Assembly: GCA_002428735.1 (NCBI GenBank)
Contig: DIXO01000009.1
Span: 4,108-68,107 of the forward strand
DNA from: Syntrophaceae bacterium UBA6078
GTDB lineage: Bacteria; Desulfobacterota; Syntrophia; Syntrophales; UBA2210
DNA length: 64,000 nt
Reading direction: 5' to 3'
Of this stretch, positions 1 through 8,785 are shown one piece after another. A model generated the notes under the pieces. That model worked only from the letters and a program-made list of their open reading frames with translations. It was not told the DNA's origin and made no database searches. Positions within the stretch are counted from its first letter, which is position 1, and each line of letters opens with the position of its first letter. The translations under genes and the position numbers were made by a program.

Positions 1-1436
1 TCAGGGTCGCCACGTTCCATGCGCTCGGAGATGACAGTTTGCTGGGAATCCCAATGCAGGTTCTCGGCCGCCTTGTCCTTGGTTTTATCCTGTTTGGCGT
101 GGCATTGCAGATTACAGGGGGAGGGAAATTTTTTCTCGACCTGGCGACCGCTCTTTTTGCTCATTTCAGAGGAGGACCTGCGAAAGTATCAGTTTTTGCA
201 AGTGCCCTGTTTGGTTCCATGAGCGGCAGTGTTCCGGCAAATGTAGTCACCACGGGAAGCTTTACCATTCCCATTATGAAGCAGAGCGGATTCCAAGGGA
301 AATACGCCGGGGCCATTGAGGCATGTGCATCCACCGGCGGAGTTCTCATGCCCCCCATAATGGGTGCCACGGCCTTTATCATGGCATCCTTCATGGGGGT
401 TACCTATCTCAGTGTAGTGAAAGCGGCCATTATTCCCTCCCTCCTCTATTATTTCGGTCTGTTCATACATGTCGATGCGTACGCAGCCGTCAATGGACTG
501 AAGGGACTGCCCAAGAATGAACTGCCGTCGCTCGTGAAGGTCATGAAAGAAGGCTGGTTTTATGCCCTTGCCCTCGTGCTGCTGATTGTGCTTCTCTTTT
601 ACAGACTGGAAGCCAGAGCGGCATATTTCACGGCCGTCCTTATCTTTGTTCTTACGAATTTCAACAAAGACAGCAGGCTGAGTGTCAAAAAGATGCTCCA
701 GTTCTTTGAGCAGTCGGGACGACTGCTGGCTGGTCTCACCACCATTTTTGTGGCTGTCGGAATGATTATAGGCTCCATGTCTCTGACCGGTGCGGGCCAC
801 TCACTGTCAAGGGAAATTGTGGCACTGGCAGGAGGCAACCTGGCATTGCTGCTTATGCTGGGAGCCATAGCGAGTTTCATTCTGGGAATGGGAATGACCA
901 TCACGGCATGCTATATTTTTCTTGCCGTGGTTCTCGCGCCCGCCCTGGTGCAATCAGGATTGAATCAAATGGCCGTGCACCTTTTTGTACTGTATTGCGC
1001 GGTACTTTCCTATATCACGCCCCCCGTGGCGATCGCCGCTTTTTCTGCACAGCCTATGGCCGGGGCACCAGCCATGTCCATAGCCACCACGGCATCAAAG
1101 TTGTCGACCATCAACTACTTATTGCCATTCCTCTTCGTATTGCACCCGAGCCTCATTCTGAATGGACCCATCAGCGGAACCATCCTGAATCTCATTCCAT
1201 GCGTGCTGGGGATATTATGTGTGAATGCAAGCCTGCATGGATACCTCCTGGGCATCGGAACAACGCGATTAGGTAATAGAGGCATGACCCTGGCAATGCG
1301 AGCAGGATATTTTGTGGGAGGTTTTCTCATGGCGCTCCAGGTTGGATACACTCTTTATGCGGGTCTTGTGATCACAGTGCTTACGTTGCTGATGCATGTG
1401 TCGCAACGACGCAGAAGAGCGCTTTCATTGCCGTAA
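1..1436 (+). CDS. TRAP-type transporter fused permease subunit (DctQM-like), 5' end cut by the window edge
   Basis: The frame is open from base 3 with no stop, so the listed start at 39 is an artefact. The translation is a long polytopic membrane protein with Gly/Ala-rich TM helices typical of TRAP large permeases. Confidence 0.7.
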   Translation, partial: RVATFHALGDDSLLGIPMQVLGRLVLGFILFGVALQITGGGKFFLDLATALFAHFRGGPAKVSVFASALFGSMSGSVPANVVTTGSFTIPIMKQSGFQGKYAGAIEACASTGGVLMPPIMGATAFIMASFMGVTYLSVVKAAIIPSLLYYFGLFIHVDAYAAVNGLKGLPKNELPSLVKVMKEGWFYALALVLLIVLLFYRLEARAAYFTAVLIFVLTNFNKDSRLSVKKMLQFFEQSGRLLAGLTTIFVAVGMIIGSMSLTGAGHSLSREIVALAGGNLALLLMLGAIASFILGMGMTITACYIFLAVVLAPALVQSGLNQMAVHLFVLYCAVLSYITPPVAIAAFSAQPMAGAPAMSIATTASKLSTINYLLPFLFVLHPSLILNGPISGTILNLIPCVLGILCVNASLHGYLLGIGTTRLGNRGMTLAMRAGYFVGGFLMALQVGYTLYAGLVITVLTLLMHVSQRRRRALSLP

Positions 1437-1935
1437 GACGATTCTCATAATCCGGGACCATCCTCTGATCATGCCTGAATGTCAAGAGGTTCCTGGTCCC
1501 TGGTCATGACAGTTGGAAGGATCTTTCATCAACCCCCAATGCAGCAGAACGAGGGGTTGGGCATAGCACCCGACCCCTCGTAATTTCCACGTGCTGGCAT
1601 GACCGATGACACGATTGGCTGTGGCGACCATGAACGATCAGGAAACCGGGATCTGGAACCATCTCCTCTGAAGATCCAACCGTTTTTACCCCTTGTCCTT
1701 GCTCCGTCCCATGAGATACTGTCTTCAGTCCTGGACGGGGAGCGTCATGGTCGGTAATCAGGGGACATTCTTCTTGGCTCACTCACTGTTACTGTCAGTA
1801 CTGCTCCCCTCTGTTCCCTCTCCACCCGTTGTCGTTTCAGCTTCTTGACGAAGAGCTCTTCACGCTCCTTCTTTTTTAGATTTTCGAATCGCCTTGAAAA
1901 TGTTTCTTGCCAGAGATGGCGGGGAAGACCGGCTC

Positions 1936-2418
1936 TTATATTCCCACTTGTACCGGTTGCGGGTTCAGAACTCGCGCCATATCCGCCGGGTCCATCTCGG
2001 CGAGGAGGCCCCGGTGCCCGGCGTTTATGAATATGCGTGGCAGGTTCAGGATGCTCTCCTCCACGTAAATCGGCATGGCCCTGCGTATGCCGAAGGGAGA
2101 GGTTCCCCCCACCATGTACCCCGTATGTTTCTGAGCCACGGCCGGATCGCAGGGAGTGACCGATTTCGTTCCGATGGTCCGGGCCAGGTTCTTTGTCGAT
2201 ACCTCCCGGTCGCCGTGCATGAGGATGATGAGCGGGTGTTTATGCTCGTCCTCCATGACGAGCGTTTTGACGGTTTCGTGCTCGTCGCATCCCAGTTCGC
2301 GGGCGGCCACGGCCGTTCCTCCCCGCTCTTCGTATTTATAAGGGCGGAGGGTAAAGATGACGCTGTGCTCTTTGAGGGAGCGGATGGCAGGAGTTGATGG
2401 AATCTTTTCTTTCGCCAC
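1936..2418 (-). CDS. ybaK: YbaK/EbsC-type Cys-tRNA(Pro) deacylase
   Basis: 160 aa. It begins MAKEKIPSTPAIRSLKEH, continues with HKHPLIILMHGDREVSTKNLAR and YMVGGTSPFG, and ends INAGHRG, matching the YbaK/EbsC pattern. Confidence 0.8.
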   Translation of the reverse strand: MAKEKIPSTPAIRSLKEHSVIFTLRPYKYEERGGTAVAARELGCDEHETVKTLVMEDEHKHPLIILMHGDREVSTKNLARTIGTKSVTPCDPAVAQKHTGYMVGGTSPFGIRRAMPIYVEESILNLPRIFINAGHRGLLAEMDPADMARVLNPQPVQVGI

Positions 2419-2491
2419 GAGTTTTCCTTTTATCCGTATTCCATATCAGGGGTTGATGCCATGAGGGGTGGAGGGGAGGGCAGAGCAGAGG

Positions 2492-2950
2492 TTACGGCTT
2501 GGAGAGGTTGCTCCAGAAGGAACGGGTGCGTTTTTTGAGCTCCGGCAGTTTCGTGACCAGGCGCTGGACGTGAGGGTCGCTCCAGAGGCGGTCGAACTTG
2601 ATGACGGCCTTGCATGCCTGCAGCTTTGCGGGGTCTTTCATCAGCTCTTCCAGAAAGGGCCTCTGGCTCTTGACGAAGGCGTCGAATTGCAGGAGACCCC
2701 GTTGATCATTGGAGAAGGGCCGCCCGCTGAGCCGTTCAACCTCATCCGTGGTCAGGCCGACCCCTTCTAGCATTTTGAGAAAATACTCGCCCGTAATATT
2801 CCTGCTTTCCTGCGAGAACTCGCTGAAGCGCTGGGGAGAAAGACCGGATTCTTTCATGAACGCACCCTTGCTGATCCTCTTGGACTGGGCGTATTTCCAC
2901 AGAAAGTCAAAATAGTCATTAAAATCGGTCTCTTTTTTTCTCGCTGCCAT
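2492..2950 (-). CDS. hypothetical protein (possible helix-turn-helix region)
   Basis: 152-aa ORF with normal amino-acid composition. The overlapping antisense ORFs look like shadow ORFs. No family recognised. Confidence 0.5.
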   Translation of the reverse strand: MAARKKETDFNDYFDFLWKYAQSKRISKGAFMKESGLSPQRFSEFSQESRNITGEYFLKMLEGVGLTTDEVERLSGRPFSNDQRGLLQFDAFVKSQRPFLEELMKDPAKLQACKAVIKFDRLWSDPHVQRLVTKLPELKKRTRSFWSNLSKP

Positions 2951-3146
2951 ACCGAAAATATACCATGATTATGACAGGTGTCAAATCAAAATGTGAAGGT
3001 CGTCTTGTTCTTTTTGCTGTCAGGCGCTGTCGGAAGACCCAGTTTCTCCTGTTGACTTTAACTGGCTGTCTGTGGCAGATTAGCCGGGCATTGCGCTCTT
3101 CCGGAAACGGATAGTTGCGAGGACGAGATTAGAAAAGGAGGAATGT

Positions 3147-3518
3147 ATGGCTTCTAAAGATAAAAGCGCACGGGATGCCCAGAAGACTCGCTGGGAAGGT
3201 GTATTGAGCAGTCGTATGGAGACCCTGAAGGAACAGGGTCTCGACAGGGAAAAGATCGCGCGGGATGCCACGGTGAGAAAGTTACGCGCAGAAATACGGA
3301 AGATCGGCGCCAGGCTCGCCAGTATAGACAAAAAACAGCAAAAGATAGAAGAAAAGGGGAGAATGAAGGCGGAGAAGATGGCCGTCCCCAAGGAGGAAAA
3401 GGCGAAGAAGGCGAAGGCAGATGGAGAGGCCGCTGAGGTAAGCAAAAGACAGCAGAAACTGGAAAAGAAGCTGGAAAAGAAGAAGGAAAAGAAACAGGCA
3501 GCAGAAAGCGAGAGTTGA
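3147..3518 (+). CDS. Lys/Glu-rich small protein, predicted coiled coil
   Basis: An AAAGGAGGA Shine-Dalgarno sits 5 nt before the ATG. The 123-aa product is highly charged, and a strong hairpin terminator follows. The antisense ORFs are Ser/Phe-rich low complexity. Confidence 0.55.
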   Translation: MASKDKSARDAQKTRWEGVLSSRMETLKEQGLDREKIARDATVRKLRAEIRKIGARLASIDKKQQKIEEKGRMKAEKMAVPKEEKAKKAKADGEAAEVSKRQQKLEKKLEKKKEKKQAAESES

Positions 3519-3550
3519 CCTGAGTTTGATATTTTGAGGAAGTGCAACAC

Positions 3551-3585
3551 AAAACGCCCACCGACTGAAGACCAGTGGGCGTTTT
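3551..3585. terminator. bidirectional Rho-independent-type hairpin between convergent genes
   Basis: AAAACGCCCAC (3551-3561) pairs perfectly with GTGGGCGTTTT (3575-3585). The A-run and T-run flanks would allow function on both strands. Confidence 0.6.
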
Positions 3586-3607
3586 GACTGATTGAATCCC
3601 CCTTGTT

Positions 3608-4204
3608 TCAGCCTTTTTTCCGCCTTACCAGCCCGATTCCCGCCAGACCGCATCCGAGGAGCAGCATGGTGGCAGGTTCGGGAACCGGGGCACTCGATGT
3701 CCCCACATTGAATGATATGCCACTGTTATAGAAATGACAGTCGGGATCGAACCCGAGTCCGAAAACACTGTCATTTTCCAGGTACGCGATCAGTGTGCCG
3801 ATCTCAGACGCGTCAAATGAATAGGTTATGTCCTGCGCGATAGGCGGGAGATTCTCCCAGTGTGCCAGCGCGACCTGAATCCCGCTGTATCCCCAGCTTG
3901 CGAAATAGGAGCCATCCCTTGAGCCGTCCCACCCCGTCCTTACGCCGTCTACCGCCGTATCAAGGAGATGCAGGTACAGATCATTCGAACTCCAGTCGTC
4001 ATTGCGGATGCCGTGAAAGGTCACGGATGCCGATGTTATGGTCTCTCCCGTGGGGATCGCCCAGTCGTCTTCACCCCAGGTATAATAATAGTTGTGATCG
4101 AGATCATACAGGTCGCCGAGATTCCATTCGAATGTCGTGGCGCGGGCCATCCCGGACAGTGACAATACAAACAGCACCGATATAATACACAATAATCTTC
4201 TCAT
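3608..4204 (-). CDS. PEP-CTERM sorting-domain secreted protein
   Basis: The C-terminus PVPEPATMLLLGCGLAGIGLVRRKKG is a textbook PEP-CTERM anchor (PEP motif, TM helix, Arg/Lys tail). I prefer the start at MRRLLCIISVLFVLSLSGMARA (signal peptide, ATG at 4204) over the listed 4264. Confidence 0.8.
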   Translation of the reverse strand: MRRLLCIISVLFVLSLSGMARATTFEWNLGDLYDLDHNYYYTWGEDDWAIPTGETITSASVTFHGIRNDDWSSNDLYLHLLDTAVDGVRTGWDGSRDGSYFASWGYSGIQVALAHWENLPPIAQDITYSFDASEIGTLIAYLENDSVFGLGFDPDCHFYNSGISFNVGTSSAPVPEPATMLLLGCGLAGIGLVRRKKG

Positions 4205-4496
4205 TTCCCGATTCCCTCCATTCAAGGCATTCCCCGGTATTTGGCAGTTCTGTGTATCTTTCACATGGCTTCCCTTTTCCCCGATTTGGAACCTGTTGTA
4301 AATACTACCAAAGTAGTATTTTTAAGTGTTTTCGATACGTTAAGAACGGTTTTTTACTCAATTGAGGGTTTTGTGGGTGGAAAGGGAGTGGTTAGCCGCT
4401 TACGGGAGAGAAAAATATCTGGGGAGTGGCACGGTCCGGGTAGAAGATTTTGGACTGGGGTTGTTTTTAGGGAGGGGGAAATGAAAAAAAGAGATG

Positions 4497-4509
4497 TCTT
4501 GACTAGAAC
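4497..4509 (+). promoter_or_regulatory. shared 13-nt motif TCTTGACTAGAAC, copy 1 (contains a TTGACT -35-like hexamer) upstream of the crotonase gene
   Basis: An identical 13-mer recurs at 5429-5441 upstream of the next gene. Confidence 0.3.
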
Positions 4510-4601
4510 ACTACTATGAATTGTGATAAAAGTTCAGTCAAGGTTTTTTAATGCACGTCTTGGTGCTGGGCGATTTATTATCAATATAAAAGGAGGTTGT
4601 T

Positions 4602-5396
4602 ATGCTGTTTGAAACTATTTTACTGGAAAAAAATGAAGGTATTGGAGTTTTGACGCTTAATAGACCAGAGCGGCAGAATGCATTTAATGAAAAGATGTGG
4701 ACTGAGATGGTTCAGGCACTCCATGAGGTAAATAAAGACGACGAGATTCGGGTTTTGGTGATAAAGGGTGCTGGCAAGGCGTTTTGCGCTGGGGCAGATG
4801 TTGGAGGTATGGCGTCTAAAGAAAAAAAATCAAGAGGAGCTGAGGCAATTCGTAGAGGATTTGCTAATGTCCAGAAAATGATCCTTGGCATTCAACAAAT
4901 GGAAAAGCCAACGATTGCTATGATCAATGGAGCAGCTGTTGGGGGAGGTTTTGACCTGGCATGTGCTTGTGATATTCGCACGGGATCAGAGAATAGCCGC
5001 TTCATGGTTGCATTTACTCGTATCGGTCTTTTCCCTGGTTGGGGAGGTACTTGGCTTATACCGCGAATTATAGGCATACCTAAGGCTGCAGAGATGCTTT
5101 TCACCGGAAACTTTATGGACGCTGAGGAAGCAAAAAGTCTGAATCTATTAAATAAGCTTGTGCCAGCTCAAAACTTGGAAAGCGAAACGATGTCGCTTGC
5201 GCGGCAAATTGCAAATGGTCCTCCCATTGCCATTAGACTAGCTAAATTGCAATTGTACCAAGGGTTAGAAATAGATTTGGATATAGCGCTCAAACTCGCC
5301 GCTGCTTTTGAAACTATTACCCTTTCTTCACAAGACCACAAGGAAGGGGTAGCCGCTTTCCGCGAGAAAAGACACCCCCAATATAGGGGTGAATAA
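4602..5396 (+). CDS. enoyl-CoA hydratase/isomerase (crotonase) family protein
   Basis: AGGAGG RBS. The product contains LTLNRPERQNAF, VIKGAGKAFCAGADV and INGAAVGGGFDLACACDIR, which are classic crotonase oxyanion-hole segments. Confidence 0.85.
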   Translation: MLFETILLEKNEGIGVLTLNRPERQNAFNEKMWTEMVQALHEVNKDDEIRVLVIKGAGKAFCAGADVGGMASKEKKSRGAEAIRRGFANVQKMILGIQQMEKPTIAMINGAAVGGGFDLACACDIRTGSENSRFMVAFTRIGLFPGWGGTWLIPRIIGIPKAAEMLFTGNFMDAEEAKSLNLLNKLVPAQNLESETMSLARQIANGPPIAIRLAKLQLYQGLEIDLDIALKLAAAFETITLSSQDHKEGVAAFREKRHPQYRGE

Positions 5397-5428
5397 TGCC
5401 CCATCTGCTTCATTCAAATTATTAAGGC

Positions 5429-5441
5429 TCTTGACTAGAAC
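5429..5441 (+). promoter_or_regulatory. shared 13-nt motif TCTTGACTAGAAC, copy 2, upstream of the reductase gene
   Basis: Identical to 4497-4509. Here a CATATT -10-like hexamer follows TTGACT after 17 nt. Confidence 0.3.
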
Positions 5442-5719
5442 GGCATAATTAACCATATTAAAAACATAGTCATGTCAACAACTAACAATAATCTCTTTGA
5501 TTTGGTAGCTCGCTATCTGTTTGATTCAGTGTCAAAATAGGATTCATTACCACAGATAAAAATATTTCAATCAATATTATCTGAAAATGAGTTCAGGAAG
5601 TTAATTGGGTTCAGAGATTAACGGAGATTAAAATCAAGCTGCGCAAGCGCTTGCAAGAAAACCATACATTTGCCTGTCCTACAAATCGTGCCCAAAAATC
5701 ATTTAAGGGGATGTCTCTT

Positions 5720-7636
5720 ATGCATATAGAAGGAGAGCTTTTTGAACCTATAACGATTGCCAACATGGAGGTAAAAAATCGGATTGTGATGTCGTCGATT
5801 AGCCTCTCTGCATGGGAGACAGAAAGAGTAAAGCAGTTTTATCTCGAACGTTCGCAAGGCGGCGTGGGACTTATCATTTGTAACCTTGCGACCATCAGAC
5901 GCGAAATGCCTAGAAGAAATCAGATGGCCATTGAGGATGATTCTCGTCTGCCTATGCTAAAGGACTTTGTTAATACTATACACGGAGGCGGTGCTAAAGT
6001 TGCAGCCCAATTGGTAGCGAGGCCAGCATGGAAAAGTGAACATGAACAAGCCGTTGAAATTCTAGGTCCTTCATCAGTACCGTGCTCACATCAGAAAAAT
6101 GTCCCTCCTCCACGCCCCCTTACTAAAGAAGATATTGCATATGTAATTTCTGAAATGGGAAATGCTGCAAAAAGGGCTAAGGATGCCGGATTTGATGCTG
6201 TGGAGTTACATTCTTTTGGTGGATCCTGCTTATTAAGTCAGTTCTTATCACCGGTTATAAATAAAAGAACTGATCAATATGGGGGAACACTCGAAAATCG
6301 TCTGAAGTTTATGCTTGAAATTATTGACAGGATAAGAGGTCAAGTAGGACGTTATTATCCTATCCTCTGTCGCATTTCTGGTGATGAATTTCTTGAAGAT
6401 GGAAACTCAGAGGAAGCAATGGGCGAAGTTGCGCGTATCCTGGAGGGTTGTGGTGTCGATGCAATTAATGTAACGACCGGTTTTTATCTGCTATCCAAAG
6501 TGCCGTTTATGCAAATGCCAGTACCGAGAGGAAACTGGATCTATTTAGCTCAGAAAATTAAACAGGTTGTTAAAATTCCAGTCATTGGAGGAACAAGGAT
6601 AAATGACCCTTTGGTTGCAGAAAAGGCAGTATCATCGGGCAAAATGGATATGGTATATCTTTGCCGTGCACTTATTGCAGATCCCCAATTCCCCAATAAG
6701 GTTATGCAAGGTAGATTCGATGAGATTCAACAATGTATTGCATGTTGCCATTGTCTAGATTCGACAATGGAGGGAAGAGGCCTTGAATGCTCTATTAACC
6801 CTCGAGTAGGCATAGAATTGAACTTTCCTATAACCACTAATGTAGGAAAATCTAAAAAAGTAGTAATAGTTGGCGGAGGCCCTTGCGGTATGGAAGCTGC
6901 CATTACTGCTGAAGAACAAGGACATAAAGTTATACTGTATGAGAGTAATAACCAACTGGGAGGTGCCCTTCTTTTGGCCGCTCTTCCACCGCATAAAGAG
7001 GAAATATCTAATTTTATCAAACAAATGATTAGACGTATCGAAAAATCAAGTATAATTGTAAAGTTAGGTGAAAAAGGAACAATCCCCATGATTTTAGATT
7101 GCAATCCAGATTTGGTGATTTTTGCAACAGGCGCAGATAACTATATCCCCAGTATTCAAGGTATAGAAAATTCTAATGTGATACCTTTTCAAAAAGCTCT
7201 TACTGATGTGGCAAGCGTTGGCAATCGTGTTATTATCATAGGAGGCGGAATGGTAGGGTGTGAAGTTGCTGACTTTTTAGCCATTAGAGGTAAAACTGTA
7301 ACGGTTCTAGAGAAAACAAAGCGTTTTGCTGCTGATGCGGGTAGAACGGGAAGGTGGGTGCTACTTCAGCGACTACGAAACCGGAGTGTGAGATTAGAGG
7401 CCTCAATTGAAGTAACAAAAATTGACCAAAAAGGAGTAACAGCGAAGGTTCCCAATAAAGAAAGGTTTTTTGCCTGTGATACTGTGGTAATTGCCACCGG
7501 ATTTATACCAACAATTGACCTGAAAAAAGAAAAAATAGGTGATAAAATACCTTTCGTTTTCGCGGGCAATTGCAGGAAGCCCGGGCATATAAGACAAGTC
7601 ATTAAGGAAGGGTTTTTAGCAATTCAACAGCTTTAG
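5720..7636 (+). CDS. Old-Yellow-Enzyme / 2,4-dienoyl-CoA reductase-type flavoprotein with a Cys cluster and a C-terminal FAD/NAD(P)-binding domain
   Basis: The N-terminus is a TIM-barrel OYE region (NRIVMSSIS, GFDAVELH). A Cys-rich linker (CIACCHCLDS...ECSINP) follows, then two Rossmann motifs (VVIVGGGPCGMEAA and VIIIGGGMVGCEVA). I prefer the ATG at 5720 because of its spacing from AAGGGG. The listed start at 5651 is a TTG. Confidence 0.8.
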   Translation: MHIEGELFEPITIANMEVKNRIVMSSISLSAWETERVKQFYLERSQGGVGLIICNLATIRREMPRRNQMAIEDDSRLPMLKDFVNTIHGGGAKVAAQLVARPAWKSEHEQAVEILGPSSVPCSHQKNVPPPRPLTKEDIAYVISEMGNAAKRAKDAGFDAVELHSFGGSCLLSQFLSPVINKRTDQYGGTLENRLKFMLEIIDRIRGQVGRYYPILCRISGDEFLEDGNSEEAMGEVARILEGCGVDAINVTTGFYLLSKVPFMQMPVPRGNWIYLAQKIKQVVKIPVIGGTRINDPLVAEKAVSSGKMDMVYLCRALIADPQFPNKVMQGRFDEIQQCIACCHCLDSTMEGRGLECSINPRVGIELNFPITTNVGKSKKVVIVGGGPCGMEAAITAEEQGHKVILYESNNQLGGALLLAALPPHKEEISNFIKQMIRRIEKSSIIVKLGEKGTIPMILDCNPDLVIFATGADNYIPSIQGIENSNVIPFQKALTDVASVGNRVIIIGGGMVGCEVADFLAIRGKTVTVLEKTKRFAADAGRTGRWVLLQRLRNRSVRLEASIEVTKIDQKGVTAKVPNKERFFACDTVVIATGFIPTIDLKKEKIGDKIPFVFAGNCRKPGHIRQVIKEGFLAIQQL

Positions 7637-7641
7637 TTTTA

Positions 7642-8760
7642 TTACCGCGGCAATTATACATAGCAATATTGGTAGTAGTGTGATATGCTGTGCGCATGGA
7701 AAAAGTTGATGGACGCACGCATAGTCCCCAGACGCAATACGAAATCAGGAAGCAAGTTATTCGTCTTCGGAAACAGGGTATTCAGAATCAGGTGTTGGCG
7801 GATGGAATCGGGATCAGCGTATTTCATGCCAGCAGGATCTGGCAAAGCTACTTGAGGGAGGGTAACAAAGCGATCAAGCTGGGGATACGCGGTCGCCGGA
7901 CGGGAGAGAAACGAACCCTTGCGACCGAACAGGAAGCCCAGGTGAAACGAGCCTTGATTGACAAGACACCGGACCAGATGAAGCTTCCCTTTGCGCTGTG
8001 GACGCGGGACGCCGTGAAGTTGTTGATTCGGCAGTTGTTTGGCATTGAGATGCCGATTCGGACCGTTGGTGAGTACCTCAAGCGGTGGGGTTTTACTCCT
8101 CAGAAGCCGGTCAAACGGGCCTATGAGCAGAGCTCGCAGGCGGTAAAGAAGTGGTTGGATACGGATTATCCTGTCATTGCCTCTCGGGCGAAGCTGGAGA
8201 AGGCGGAGATCCACTGGGGCGATGAGACGGGGATTCAGACGGGCGCCAACCGTGTCCGGGGTTTTGCACCGAAGGGAGAGACTCCGGTCATCAGGATGGT
8301 GGCCAAGAAGATCCATGTCAGTATGATTTCGGCCATTACCAATGGCGGTAAGGTGCGCTTCATGATGTACGAAGATGCCATGAATTCCGAGCTCTTGATC
8401 AAGTTTATGACCCGCCTGACCAAAGATGCTGGGCGCACGGTTTTTTTGATTTTGGATAATCTTCGGGCACATCATGGCAAAAATGTCAAACAATGGTTAG
8501 AAGAACACCGGGAACAAATTGAGGTTTTCCATCTGCCCTCATATTCGCCGGAACTCAATCCAGACGAGTATTTAAACGGAAATCTTAAGACCAAAGTACA
8601 CTCCGGCAAGCCGGTTCGTAACAGAGAGGATCTTGAAAAGAAAACCCGTTCATACATGAGAACCCTCCTGAAGAGACCAGCTCATGTCAGAAGCTATTTC
8701 AGGCATCATAAGGTCGCTTATGCCGCGTAATAAAATTGACATGTTCAATTGCCGAACTGA
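7642..8760 (+). mobile_element. IS630-family insertion sequence, apparently intact (about 1.1 kb)
   Basis: It carries a single transposase ORF. The imperfect terminal inverted repeats are TTACCGCGGCAATTATACAT (left) and the reverse complement of the right end, TCAGTTCGGCAATTGAACAT. TA dinucleotides flank both ends (7640-7641 and 8761-8762), as expected for IS630 target duplication. Confidence 0.75.
7690..8730 (+). CDS. IS630-family (Tc1/mariner-like) DDE transposase
   Basis: 346 aa with an N-terminal HTH. Typical IS630 strings are present: HWGDETG, FLILDNLRAHH and LPSYSPELNPDEYLN. The start is GTG 7690 or ATG 7696. Confidence 0.85.
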   Translation: MRMEKVDGRTHSPQTQYEIRKQVIRLRKQGIQNQVLADGIGISVFHASRIWQSYLREGNKAIKLGIRGRRTGEKRTLATEQEAQVKRALIDKTPDQMKLPFALWTRDAVKLLIRQLFGIEMPIRTVGEYLKRWGFTPQKPVKRAYEQSSQAVKKWLDTDYPVIASRAKLEKAEIHWGDETGIQTGANRVRGFAPKGETPVIRMVAKKIHVSMISAITNGGKVRFMMYEDAMNSELLIKFMTRLTKDAGRTVFLILDNLRAHHGKNVKQWLEEHREQIEVFHLPSYSPELNPDEYLNGNLKTKVHSGKPVRNREDLEKKTRSYMRTLLKRPAHVRSYFRHHKVAYAA

Positions 8761-8785
8761 TAACCCGACCAGCTCTATCAGTATC

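Noticed and set aside
3080-3653. Three minus-strand ORFs (156, 135 and 123 aa) opposite the Lys/Glu-rich gene.
   Set aside because: They are mirror images of a purine-rich low-complexity sequence (Ser/Phe/Leu-rich). Only the plus-strand ORF has a strong RBS plus ATG and a terminator in the right place. Some doubt about the coding strand remains.
7654-8493. 279-aa minus-strand ORF inside the IS630 element.
   Set aside because: It is antisense to the intact transposase ORF and has an Arg/Leu/Pro-rich composition. IS630 elements encode a single transposase.
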